DNA of 64,000 nucleotides from Chiloscyllium plagiosum (Eukaryota), in contig NC_057749.1 of the NCBI RefSeq assembly GCF_004010195.1, positions 13,638,543-13,702,542 of the forward strand. The letters are read 5' to 3'. The first letter of the stretch is position 1, and every line of letters begins with the position of its first letter. The notes beneath the pieces are model-generated. The model was given only the letters and a program-made list of their open reading frames with translations. It ran no database searches and was not told the DNA's origin. Below, piece by piece: positions 25,971 to 39,055 of the stretch. Made by a program: the position numbers and the translations under genes.

Positions 25971-28900
25971 TCTTTTGGGATAGAAGATATCTGTATAAGG
26001 AGGACAGATTGTATCTGAATTGGAAGGGGACTAATATACTGGTGGTGAGATTTGCCAGAGCCGCTTGGTAAGATTTAAGCTAGTAGAGCTGCTTAGGAAT
26101 ATTTAAACTAGTAAGGTTGGTGGGGGGGGGGGAACCATGTCAAACTGTCAGGGCAGGCAGGAACAAAGCCGAAAACGAGGTAAATTAAACTGCACTTATT
26201 TCAATACAAGAGGCCAAGTATGGAAGGCAGATGAACTCAGGGCATGGTTAGGAACATGGGACTGGGATATCATAGAAATTACAGAAAGGTGGCTCAGAGA
26301 TAGATAGGATTGGCAGCTTAATGTTCCAGTATACAAATGCTACAGGAAGGATAGAAAGGGGTCAAGAGAGCAGGAGGAGTGGCATTTTTGATAAGGGATA
26401 ATGCTGTACTTAGGGAGGATATTCCTGGGAATACGTCCAGGTAAGTTATTTGGGTGGAACTGAGAAAGAAGAAAGGGATGATCACCTTATTGGGATTGTA
26501 CCGTAGACTCCCAATTGTCAGCAGGAAATTGAGAAACAAATTTGTAAGGTGACCTCAGTTATCTGTTAGAAAAATAGGATGGTAATGGTAGGGGATTTTA
26601 ACTTTCCAACATAGACTGGGACTGCCATGGTGTTAAGGGTTTAGATGGAGAGGAATTTGTTAAGTGTGTACAAGAAAATTCTCTGATTCAGTATGTGGAT
26701 GTACCTACTAGAGAAGGTGCAAAACTTGACCTACTCTTGGGAAATAAGGCAGGGCAGGTAACTGAGGTGTCAGTAGGGGAGCACTTTGGGGCCAGCGACC
26801 ATAATTCTATTAGTTTTAAAATAGTGATGGAAAAGGAGAGACCCGATCTAAAAGTTAAAGTTCTAAACTGGAGGAAGGCCAATTTTGACGATATTAGGCA
26901 AGAACTTTCAAAAGTTGATTGGGTGCTGATGTTTACAGATAAAGGAATGGCTGGAAAATGGGAAGCCTTCAAAAGTGAAATAACAAGAGTCCAGAGACAG
27001 TATGTTATTGCTAGGATGAAAGGTAAGAGTGGAAGGTGTAGGCCATGCTGGATGACTAGAAAAATTGAAGTTTTAGTTAAGAAGAATGAAGCATATGTCA
27101 GATATAGACAGCAGAGATTGAGTGAATCTTTAGAAGAGTATACAGGCAATAAGACGAAACTTAAGGGGTAAATCGGGAGGGCAAAAAGGGAACATGAGAT
27201 AGCTTTCGCAAACAGTTAAGGAGAATCCAAAGGAATTTTATAAATACATTAAAGGACAAAAGGGTAATTGGAGAGAGAATAGAGCCCCTCAAAGATCAGC
27301 AAGGCAGCCTTTGTATGGAACCACAGGAGATGGGGGAGATACTAAATGTGGAGAAGGACATGGAAGATATAGAATGTGGGGAAACAGATAGTGACATCCC
27401 GAAAAATGTCCATATTACAGAGGTGGTGGTGCTGGATGTCTTAAAATGAATAAAAGTGGATAAATTACCAGGACCTGATCAATATACCCTAGAACTGTGT
27501 GGGAAGCTAGGGAGGTGATTGTTGGGCCCTTTGCTGAGGTATTTGTATCATTGATAGTCACGGAAGAGGTGCCGGAAGACTGGAGTTTGGCTAATGTTAT
27601 GCCACTATTTCAGAAACATAGTAAGGAAAAGCCAGGGAACTACAGACTGGTGGGCCTGACATCAGTGGTGGGCAAGTTGTTGGACGGAATCCTAAGGGAC
27701 AGAATTTACATGCATTTGGATAGTCAAGGACTGATTCGGGATAGTCGACATGGTTGTGTGTGTGGGAAATCATGTCTCACTAACTTGAGTGTTTTGAAGA
27801 AGTAATGAAGAGGATTGATGAGGGCAGATTGGTGAACGTGATCTATATTGACTTCAGTTAGGCATTCAACAAGGTTCCTCGTGATATACTGGTTAGCAAG
27901 GTTAGATCACATGGAATACAGGGAGAATTAGCCATTTGGATACAGAACTGGTTCGAAGGTAGAAGACAAAATGTGGTGGTGGAGGGTTGCTTTTCAGACC
28001 GGAGGCCTGTGACCAGTGGAGTGCCACAAGGATCGGTGCTGGGTTCACTGCTTTTCATCATTTATATAAATGATTTGGATGTGAACATAGGAGGTGTAGT
28101 TAGTAAGTTTGCAGATGAGGTGTAGTGGACAGAAAAGAAGGTTACCTCAGAGTACAACGGGATCTTGATCAGATGGGCCAAGGAGTGGCAGATGGAACTT
28201 AATTTAGATACAAGTGAGGTACTGCATTTTGGAAAGGCAAATCAGGGCAGGGTTTATACATTTCATGGAAATATCCTGGTGAGCGTTGCTGAACAAAGGG
28301 ACTTTGGAGTGCAGGTTCACAGTTCCTTGAAAATAGAATCTCAGGTAGACAGAATAGTGAAGGCGGCACTTGGTATGCTTTCCTTTATTAGTCAGAGCAT
28401 TGAGTACAGGACATTGGTTAGGTCTCTTTTGGAATACTGTGTGCAATTCTGGTCCCCCTCCTATAGGAAGGATGTTGTGAAACTTGGAGGGTTCAGAAAA
28501 GATTTACAAGGATGTTACCAGGGTTTGAGGATTTGAGCGAAAGGGAGAAGGTGAATAGGCTGGGGTTATTTTCCCTTAAGTGTCAGAGGCTGAGGGGAGA
28601 CCTCACAGAGGTTTATAAAATCATGAGAGGCATGGATAGGATAAATAGGAAAAGTGTTTCCATGGGGTGGGGGAGTCCAGAACTGGAGGGCATAGGTTTT
28701 AGGGTGAGAGGGGAAAGATTTAAAAGGGACCTAAGGGGCAACTTTTTCACGCAAAGTGTGGTGCGTGTATGGAATGAACTGCCAGAGGAAGTGGTGGAGG
28801 CTGGTTCAATTACAACATTTAAAAGGTATCTGGATGGGTACATGAATAAGAAAGTTTTAGCTTTATGGACCAATGGCTGACAAATGGGACTAGATTAATT

Positions 28901-28974
28901 TAGGTTATCTGGTCAGTATGGACGAGTTGGACTGAAGGGTCTGTTTCCGTACTGTACATCACTATGACTCTATG
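25971..28974 (+). mobile_element. Long CR1 (HER1-like) LINE: ORF1 esterase C-terminus, APE endonuclease, RT and 3' UTR; inactivated
   Basis: DRLYLNWKGTNIL (SGNH-type), DVPTREGAKLDLLLGN..SDHNSI (APE), [43 protein letters not shown]. Multiple stops and frameshifts. Confidence 0.95.
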
Positions 28975-29934
28975 AAGCATACAATGACTTGTTCCACACG
29001 TTAAAACTTAAAACAAAACATTAAATAAAATAATTGCATTTCACTTTATGCACAAGATGAATTTTATCTGTACTGGATCTGAACATGTTCTGTGGACTGA
29101 TAACTTGAGCTACCTTCCATAAATTAAACTGGAAGTGAGTCGCTTGGAATTGTTAGATGAAAAGTTTATTTGTTTTAGAAATCCCACATTTAAAGGATGA
29201 CAATTCTAAGTAAATTTACTAAGGTCCAAGCTTTCAGTGCTGAATGTATCATGCTTTGCGTGTTGACTTAAAAATATTTAGTGGCTAGTGTGGAAGTCAT
29301 CTGAACTAAATATTTGTGCAATGGTGATTCATCTCTATGACTAAAGGTCAGTTAAAATGGAGACTTACAAGCAACAGAGAAATATTTATGTTACACATAA
29401 ATCTATCACCTTAATGATGATCTTTTCCATTATCTCTCTTCTCCTGACATTATTCTAGTATTGTCAACATTTTTATAATACAATTTGCAGTTTTAATGAA
29501 GGATATATACCTGAAATGCCACAACCCATCCTGTATCTTCCCAGTTGTAGCATGATCTGCCAAGTAATTTCTACAGTTCCTGGTTTTATTTTATACATGC
29601 ATATTCAATGTCGGAAATGTAATGGAGTGTCCCAAGGTGCCACACAGGAGGATTAATGTGCACTGAACAGGAAGCAGGACAGAAGTTAGAGATTACCATA
29701 ACTGTTTATATAGACTGATGGTGCTTAGCAAACAAACAGAAATTATTGTAGGGAATAGCACTAAGTCAAATTACACCAGGTCTGGAAGTTTGTTTGAACA
29801 CGTCTGGATAATTCATGAATGAAAAGTGAAGTTGATTAAAAATACAGATAGTATCATTCATTGGATTTCAAACTTCTTATACAATGGTGTGTTCGACATC
29901 AAAGGTCTGCAGCTGAAGCTAGAAGCTGCCAACA

Positions 29935-30376
29935 ATGGAGGATTTGAGTTATAAGGAGAGGCTGGATCGCCTGGGACTATTTTTCCATGGAGTGTAGGAG
30001 GCTCAGAGGTGACTTTATAGAGGTTTATAAAATCATGAAGGGTATAGATAAGGTGAATGGCAGGTGTCTTTTCCTGAGGGTGGGGGATTTCAAGACTTAA
30101 GGGCATATTCTTAAGGTGAGAGGTCAAAGATTTAAAAATACGTAAGGGACAACTTTTTTGATACAGGGAGTGGTTAGTGTGTGGAATGAATTTCTTGATG
30201 AAGTGGTAGATGTAGGCAGAGTTACAACACTTCCAAGACATTTAAGCAAACACACAAATAAGTGTTTGCTGGGATACGGGCCAAGCACAGGCAGTGGGGA
30301 CTAGTTTAGTTTGGGATTATGGTTGACATGGTTAGATTAAAGGGTCTGGTTCTGTACTGTATGTCTCTGTGACTCT
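29935..30376 (+). mobile_element. CR1 LINE 3' fragment
   Basis: Colinear with 28520-28974. Confidence 0.88.
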
Positions 30377-32385
30377 AAAACAAGGTTAGGTCACTTAAAG
30401 TGTTAGATTCATGCATCTCCAAGGACAGCCAGAGTACTTGCCATCCTTATAAAAGTGATCAGCACAGCATTTGAGGTCTGCCTTTAAATTTAATATTCAT
30501 ACAGTAAAGTTGGGGCAGCTCATACCAACTAAATCCAAGCACACACTTGCATCATCATTCATTTAGAATAGACAGTATCCTTCAGGAAATTTTAATCCAT
30601 TTGTTGATACATTTGGAGACTGTTATGCTAATGAAGGCAAATTAAAACTATCTATTCACATCCAATATTTAAAGAAGTAGGCTGTTCAAACTCTAATGAG
30701 GTTGTTTCACTGCCCCTTCTGATTTTTACTGTATGTATTAACTCTCACTTGGATATTTTCCCTTGGGTGCCAGCAGCTATTTGGTGTCTTGGTCAAGTAA
30801 GCTATAATTTAAGCCAATGCAGTGAGCACCACAAGTCTAACTGAACACAAGGCATTAGAGTTGAACCTCGCGCATACAGTCCAGAAGTAAGAGTGATCAA
30901 TAATATGTCTTGATATTTGAAGGGCATTGATAACTGTGTCATCCCAACTGCAGACTTTGTGGGATCAAGTAACGCAGATTGGGAACTGAACCTTACAGAG
31001 TATCGTAAACAATAAATGCCATGACTTTTTCTGTGGAGTTTGGCTTATTGCTGCTTAACTCTGTAATGTCTCTGCATTTCTCATTAGTCCCCAAAGTTTG
31101 AAAAAATGAAATCACCACATTACTGTTTAGTAACTGAATACAGCAGGGCCATGAAAAAAATGCTGCTCTTGGTTGCCAGCTGAGATCAAGGGTTACACAG
31201 TCAGCACCTTGCAACACTTTTACAAATTAACAATATGCATTTTTCCCTAATGAATATGCAAAGGTCACCAATTCCCACCGTGGTCATTCTTACAAACTTA
31301 ATTTTTGTCCTGAACAAAAGCAGATTCATCTGTCATTCTACTAATTTAATCACTTTAGCGTCATCCAATTATCCAATATAATATGCAAATGAAATGAACA
31401 ATTGCCTTAGCATACTAATTGCATTCATCAGAATAATTAAATCAGAGCAGAGTGGAAAGTGTAACAGAACCATCGTAAAACTGAAGCAGATTCTTTAATT
31501 AAGGCTACAAAAATTTAATTAGGAACTGTAATCTATCCTTAAAGTGCTGAAAATCTCCAGCATGATAAGGCACATTACTCTTATTACAAAGTTTTCCCTT
31601 CTGAATCTACACTCGACATTGTGGGACCTCTTTCACTTAGCTAAAAGACAACCAACTGTGGCAGACTGCAGCTGGCTGCCAAAGCAGTGGAGCTTGCTTA
31701 CAAGCTAATTATGCAGAGCTCCAAACCTGCTGGCACAATAACCTTTGGGCCACTGTGTGATGTCAGGCTTTGCTATCATATTATAGAAATCACTACAATG
31801 CTTGTTGCAAGAGCAAAACGAATACTTTATGATACGTTAGGCCCATTTATTGTATTAAAAGGACTGCAGATGCTGTCATTTCAAAATATTTAGCAAACAG
31901 TATGCGAGAAGTAAAGCCTCTTTCTTTGGCTTATGTTATCAATCTGTGCAGAAATCTAAGTTAAACTTCAAAACTTGCTGAATGGCTTGATGAGATTATA
32001 GCAAAATAACTAATTCTAAATATCAATAATTAATCAATTCACAAAGTATCACCAATCTCTCTTTACCTTTAAAATCCTTAAATAACTTGTCATCTCCCAA
32101 AATCCTCGTCTACAACATTCACAATTTTTGTCTCAGTTTCATCAATTAGGTGGTCATGACTACTGCTGTCAAAAATAACATTAATTTGCTTTGCATCTGT
32201 TGCATTGTCCCTTTTGTCTTCCTTGGCATTTGACACAGCTAATGACACCTATTCTCCTTGAATGTATTTCCTGTGTTGCCCAACTCAGCAGAGTTACCCT
32301 TAGTAATTTGTTCCTAGTCATAGCATGTATAACAAAGGGCTCCATTTTCAGCCCTCACACTTGTCATCTTTGAGACTGTTAAGGG

Positions 32386-32901
32386 TACATTTGTTAGGCC
32401 AATTTTGGAATACTGTATTCAATTCCTGTCTCTTTGCTATTGGAAAGATGTTGTTAAACTTCAAAACTCAGAAAAGATTTACAAGGATGTGACTGGGATT
32501 GGAGGGTTTGAGCTATAGGGAGAGGCTGAATAGGGTGAAGCTGTTTTCCCTTAAGTGTCAGAGGCTGAGGGGTGACCTTAACGTGGTTTATAAAATCATG
32601 AGGGGCATGGATACAGTGAATAGCCAAGGTCTTTATCCCAGGTAGGTTTAAGGTGAGAAGGGAAAGGTTTAAAAGGGAACTAATGCACAACTTTTTCATG
32701 CACACGGTAGCACGTCTATAGAATGAGATACCAGAGGAAGTGGTGGAGGCTGATACAATTACACATTTAAAGGCATCTGGATGGTACATAAATAGGAAAG
32801 ATTTAGAGAGGTATGGGCCAAATGGGACAGATTAATTTAGGATATCTGGTCGGCATGGACGAGTTGCATCGAAGGGTGTTTCTGTGCTGTACAACTCCAT
32901 A
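32386..32901 (+). mobile_element. CR1 LINE 3' fragment
   Basis: Colinear with 28410-28965. Confidence 0.88.
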
Positions 32902-33345
32902 ATTTGATTGAGTTTTTTTGAAGAAGTGATAAAGAAGACTGATGAAGGTTGAGTGGTAGACATTGTCTCCATGGACGTCAGCAAGGCATTCGACAGGTTC
33001 CGCACAGTAGACTGGTTAGCAAGGTTGCATCACAGGGATTCAGTAGAGCTAGCTAACTGGATGCATAATTGGCTTAAGGTAGGAGGTAGAGGGTTCTTTA
33101 TTGGACTGTGACCAGCAGTGTGCACAAGGATCAGTGCTGGACCCACTGCTCTTTGTCACTGATATAAATAAGTTGGACGTAAATATAGAAGACATAATTA
33201 GTAAGTATGCAGATGACACCAAAATAGCTGGTGTACTAGACAGTGAAGAAAATTATCTCAGAGTACAATGGAACCTTGATCAGATGGGCCAATGGGCTGA
33301 GGAGTAGCAGATGGAGTTTAATTTAGACTTTATACACTTCATGGT
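32902..33345 (+). mobile_element. CR1 LINE internal RT fragment
   Basis: AQGSVLDPLLF..ISKYADDTKI..LDQMGQWAEE. Confidence 0.85.
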
Positions 33346-33350
33346 AGGGC

Positions 33351-33468
33351 AAAGTGAGGACTGCAGATCAGATTCCTGATGAAGAGCTTATGCTCAAAAT
33401 GTCGATTCTCGTGCTCCTCAGATACTGCTTGACTGGCTGTGCTTTTCCAGCACCAAACTTTTTGACTT
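33351..33468. mobile_element. Penelope-derived element (family A), internally deleted
   Basis: aaagtgaggactgcagat is joined to ttcctgatgaagagcttatgctcaaaatgtcgattctc...ttttccagcacc. Confidence 0.75.
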
Positions 33469-36371
33469 AATGGTAGGGCTCAATGCTTATCATATGCCCA
33501 GATTGATGATGCAAGAAAATGCTGCCACTAATGTTGACTTGACTATTTTAGCTATGAAGGTGCAATTGGCCCTGTTACTCAACTGCATAGCAAACGATCA
33601 CATTGTGTCATGTGGAACAGTAAGTTTTAAGCAGGTAAGTATGCAATGTAATTTCCAGCTGCAGGTGCAATGGTGAAGAAGGCACTGAACAGGGAGTTCA
33701 AGGATTTGTGCCATGACCTCCTACAGCAGTTGTCGATGATCAAGGAGAGCAGCTAGAGAAATTAGATGGACTCCACTGGGAGAAATAAAGGGATCTTGGG
33801 GGAAGGAGGGGTCACTGAATTATAAAAAGGTGGAGACAACAAAGGATTCCTTAAATCAATGTAAACTATAGGCTTCATTCTATATAAATATTTCCTTGCC
33901 TAACCTTAATTTCCCTTCCCATTTGCAATGGTCTGATAGCAGTGGAGTAAAGAATCCCTATTTCATGATCTTTGGGCTGTCCCTATGTGTTCAAATCTCA
34001 AGCTACAGCAAGACAAGCTTTGAGGTGGTTTCGATTTAAACTGGCAAATAGCAAAGTTGCAGATGACAGTAAACTTTTCACATAAAGAAGATCAGCACAG
34101 AAAAATGCAGCAAGCAGTAAGCAAAAGTAGTGAATCATTCAGGACGAAATCAAACCCACCCATCTGACCAAGCATTGGGTTACCTGTTCCAGTATCGCTT
34201 TCAGTTGATCTGTGTCAATTTTAGTTGATATTTCTCCTCTGAAGTAAATAAAGAGATGCTCTATAAATGAAGCAATGGTTGTTATCAAAACACAGAGATA
34301 AAGTTAAGATGTGTAAATTTACCTGTTGGTAGGTAAACAAAAAGCAAGTGTGTGAATGAATCACTTACTCAAGAGCAATCATGTCTTGATTAACACTTAA
34401 TTGATGTGCTGTGTCTGTACAATCCCACTCGGAGCAAGTATAAAAACAGAGCTCCCTTACCACTCGCAATATTTTTAACTAGTTAAACCATATTATAGTT
34501 TAGTACGTCACTGAATGTTTACTCAAAAGTTTTAAAAATAGCAATACAATTAATGAATACATCAATTTTCAGTGGGATAGAAACACTATTTTCATGTAAT
34601 ATATTTTTTAATAATATATCTATATACTGAATATAAATATTCACTTTGCTGCCTGGATTTATAATTGACGATTCCTGCCTCAGCCTGTTCTAATGGGAAC
34701 AGTAGGAAAGAAACAGGGAGAATCTTGGAATTAGTTTCTACGTTGTCTGCAGAAAAGTATGATTGTGATCTAGGAGTTCTGCACTGAAGAATTACATATG
34801 TTGCAACTCGTTCTTTAGTGTGTAACTGACCAGAGAAGTATGACCAAAGCTGATAGCTAACAAATTCTAAAGCAGCCAAAATGAAAAGAAAACAAAAAGC
34901 TGAAAGAAAATTTAAGTCGTTATCTGCGAGATCAAGTGAAACATATTGTCAAAGGGGTTGTAATAGATGTAGAATTTATTAATGGTAGGTCTAAACTACC
35001 TGTTAGACTAGTACAACAACGAGTGAGTGAAGCAATGTAAAACCTAAATTACAAAAGGCAGAGGGGAATTAGGAGTACTTCTGTGTTTGTGTTTCCCCCA
35101 ACATATAATTTTCTTTCTCCCCGAACTCATATGGTATATATTTACATAGAATAACACAGAATTTACAGCAAAGAAAAATTGCCATTTGGCTTTACTGTTC
35201 TACGCCAGTGTTTATCTTTCAAATCAGACACCTCCCGCTCTACTTTAATTTAATCCTATGTGGATGGGTGGGAAGCTGTTTGGAGGGTCAGTGCAGACTC
35301 AACAGACTGAATGGCCTCTATCTGCACTAACTATAGAGATTCTATCAACATGATTAGCATACATTCAGCAGCATCTTACCCCTAGCCATAGATGTGTTCC
35401 AGCAGCATTTCAAATACTGGTGTGTCTGCCCAAACCTACCTAGGACCACAGTCTCTGCTTGCCACTCAGTAAACTTGTCAAACACCAGTGGTTAACGGTT
35501 GGTTAGACATTTGCCAGGCATGCACTTTTAAAGTCAGTGCTTTATTTCAACTTTCACATTGCTAAACTTCAATCACACGGATTACTTGTTTCCCATATAG
35601 TTAAGCGTTTACTCAATATCCCTTATTCAACACAACTGGGCTGGCTAAGTGAACTCCAGGTCTTCTTTACATCAAACTAGTCCAGAATGACCTATATTCC
35701 AAGCACCTTAGAATAAATCTTAGAACTGCTACCTCACAAGCATGTTCACCTGAAAATGGGTCCCGAAAAGAATAAGTCCAGAGAAAACATTATCCGGAAA
35801 CCAGCAAGCACCAGTTGGGGAGCCAGGGTAGCCAGTCTTTTTCTGTGACTTTGTCAGCTCCAGCAAGCAGCAGCCATAGAAAACACATGGGCTCTGTCCT
35901 CATCACATCAAAACAAATAATCAATAGTACACTGAGAATCAACACCTGTAACAATGACTCCCAGTCCCAACTAACATTTCATCTCTTGAAGTGTATCAGA
36001 AGTTGAAATAGCTGAAAGAGTTTAACTGCATTGAAGTCAACTCAGAATTGCCAATCCATGAAGACCTTCAGAAATGATTGAATATGCAAGTCAAATCATC
36101 AAAACCTTGGAGTTCTGTGAATGCTTTGAGTGACGCAGCTTTTGACAAGTAGGATAAATGGAGCGATGCCTGAATTGACACCAATATCACAACAATGATT
36201 TGGTGAGCAATCTGAGAGTCAAACATTCAGGGGTCCTCCTGCAAAACAGTATACTCAAAGGGATCCAAAATCTCCATACGCAGACATCATTTCCCCTCCA
36301 TAAATGGAATGTAAAAGAAAAGACCAGTAGGCCACTGTGGTCACCCATATCAGTTGAGTTCAATAGACTTA

Positions 36372-37575
36372 AGAGTATAGCACAGAAACAGACCCTTTGG
36401 TCCAACTTGTCCATGCCGACCAGATATCCCAACCCAATCTAGTCCCACCTGCCAGCACAGCCCATATCCTTCCAAACTCTTCCTATTCACGTACCCAAGC
36501 AGATGCCTTTTAACTGTTGCAATTGTACCAGCCTCCACCACTTCCTCTGGCAGCTTATTCCATTCAGGCACCACCCTCTGCATGAAAACACTGCCTCTTA
36601 GGGTCTCTTTTATATCTTTCTCCTCTCACCCTAAACCTATGCCCTCTAGTTCAGGACTGCCCCACCCCAGGGAAAAGACATTGTCTATTTATTCTATCTA
36701 TGCCCCTCATGATTTATAAACCTCTGTAAGGTCACCCCCTAGCCTCCAATGCTTCAGGGAAAACACCCCAGTCTTTTCAACCTTTCCCGATAGCTCAAAT
36801 CCTCCAAACCTGGCAACATCCTTGTAAATCTTTTCTGAATCCTTTCAAGTTTCACAACATCTTTCCGATAGGAAGGAGACCAGAATTGCATGCAATATTC
36901 CAACAGTGGCCTAATCAATGACACGTACAGCCGCAACATGACCTCCCAACTCCTGTATGTAATGCTCTGACCAATAAAGAAAAGTTTACCAAACGCCTTC
37001 TTCACTACCTGCAACTATACTTTCAAGGAGCTATGAGCCTGCACTCCAAGGTCTCTTTGTTCTGCAACAATCCCTAGGACCTTACCATTACATGTACAAG
37101 TCCTGCTAAGATTTGCTTTCCCAAAATGCAGCACCTCGCATATATCTAAATTAAACTCCATCTGCTACACCTCAGCCCATTGGCCCATCTGATCAAGATC
37201 CTGTAGTAATCTGAGGTAACCTTCTTCACTGTCCACTACACCTCTAATTTTGGTGTCATCTATAAACTTACTAACTATATCTCTTATGCTCACATCCAAA
37301 TCATTTATATAAATGACAAAAAGTAGAGGACCCAGCACCGATCCTTGTGGCACTCCACTGGTCACAGGCCTCCAGTCTGAAAAACAACCCTCCACCACTA
37401 CCCTCTGTCTTCTACCTTTGAGCCAGTTCTGTATCCAAATGTGTAGTTCTCCCTGTATTCCATGAGATCTAACCTTGCTAACCAGTCTCCCATGGGGAAC
37501 CTTGTTGAACACCTTACTGAAGTCCAAATAGATCACGTCTACCGCTCTGCTCTCATTAATTCTCTTTGTTACTTC
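36372..37575 (-). mobile_element. CR1 LINE 3' ~1.2 kb (left arm of an inverted pair)
   Basis: ORFs 37165..37536 ([31 protein letters not shown]), 36754..37014 and 36350..36583. Confidence 0.95.
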
Positions 37576-37689
37576 ACACGTGAACTAACGTGGCCAAGTT
37601 TGCTTCAGAATTCAAGGCAATCCACTGAATGAGGCACCAAGACTTGGCTGCCTAATAAAATCTCCAAGATGTCAGTGATGTGCAAATTG

Positions 37690-38984
37690 TTGGAGGGAAT
37701 CCTGAGGACTGATTAAGGATAGTCAACATAGCTTGGTGCGTGGGAATTCATGTCTCACAAACTTGATTGAGTTTTTGAAGAAGCAACAAAGAGGACTGAT
37801 GAGGGCAGAGCAGAAGATGTGATCGATATGGACTTCAGTAAGGCGTCCGCCAAGGTTCCCCATGGGAGACTGGTTAACAAGGTTAGATCTCATGGAATAC
37901 AGGGAAAACTAGCCATTTGCAAACAGAACTGGCTCAAAGCTAGAAGACAGAGAGTGATAGTGGAGGGTTACTTTTCAGACTGGAGGCCTGTGACCAGTGG
38001 AGTGCCACAAGGATCGCTGTTGGGTCCACTACTTCTTGTCATTTATGTAAATGATTTAGATGTGAGCGTAAGAGGTACAGTTAGTAAGTTTGCAGATGAC
38101 ACCAAATTTGGAGGTGGAGTGGACAGCGAAGGTTACCTCATATTACAACAGGATCTTGATCAGTTGGGTCAATGGGCTGATGGAGTTTAATTTAGATAAA
38201 TGTGAGGTACTGCATCTTAGGAAAGCAAATCTTAGCAGGACTTATACACTTAATGGTAAGGTCCTTGGGAGTGTTGCTGAATAAAGGGACCTTGGAGTGC
38301 AGGTTCATAGCTCCACGAAAATACAGTTGCAGGTAGATAGGATAGTGAAGGAAGAGTTTGGTATGCTTTCCTTTATTAGTTAGAATATTGAGTACAGGAG
38401 TTGGGAGGTCATGTTGCAGCTGTACAGGACATTGGTTAGGTCACGTTTGGAATATTGCATGCAATTCTGGTTTCCTTCCTATTGGAAGGATGTTGTGAAA
38501 CTTGAAAGGGTTCAGAAAAGATTTACAAGGATGTTGCCAGGGTTGGAGGATTTGAGCTTTAGGAAGAGGTTGAATAGTCTGGGGGTGTTTTCCCTGGAGC
38601 ATTGGAGGCTGAGGGGTGACTTTATGGAAGTTTCTAAACTCATGAGGGGCATGGATAGGATGAATAAACAAAGTCCTTTCCCTTGGGTGGGGGACTCCAG
38701 AACTAGAGGGCATAGGTTTAGGGTGAGGGGGGAAAGATATAAAAGAGACCGAAGGGGCAACATTTTCAAGCAGAGGGTGGTACGTGTATGGAATGAACTG
38801 CCAGAGGATGTGGTGGAGGCTGGTACAATTGCAACATCTAAAAGGCATTTGCATAGGTACATGAATAGGAAGGGTTTGGAGGGATATGGGCCGGGTGCTG
38901 GCAGATTGGGTTGGAATATCTGGTCGGCACGGACGAGTTGGACCGAAGGGCCTGTTTCTGTGCTGTACATCTTTACGACTATGT
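37690..38984 (+). mobile_element. CR1 LINE 3' ~1.3 kb (right arm of an inverted pair)
   Basis: ORFs 37819..38190 (SGVPQGSLLGP..FADDTK) and 38411..39016. Confidence 0.95.
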
Positions 38985-39055
38985 CATATGTAAGAAGCAA
39001 AAACACAATCTTCTAATTCTTTCCCTTGCATTGACTTGTTTACCTCCTAAAGGTC

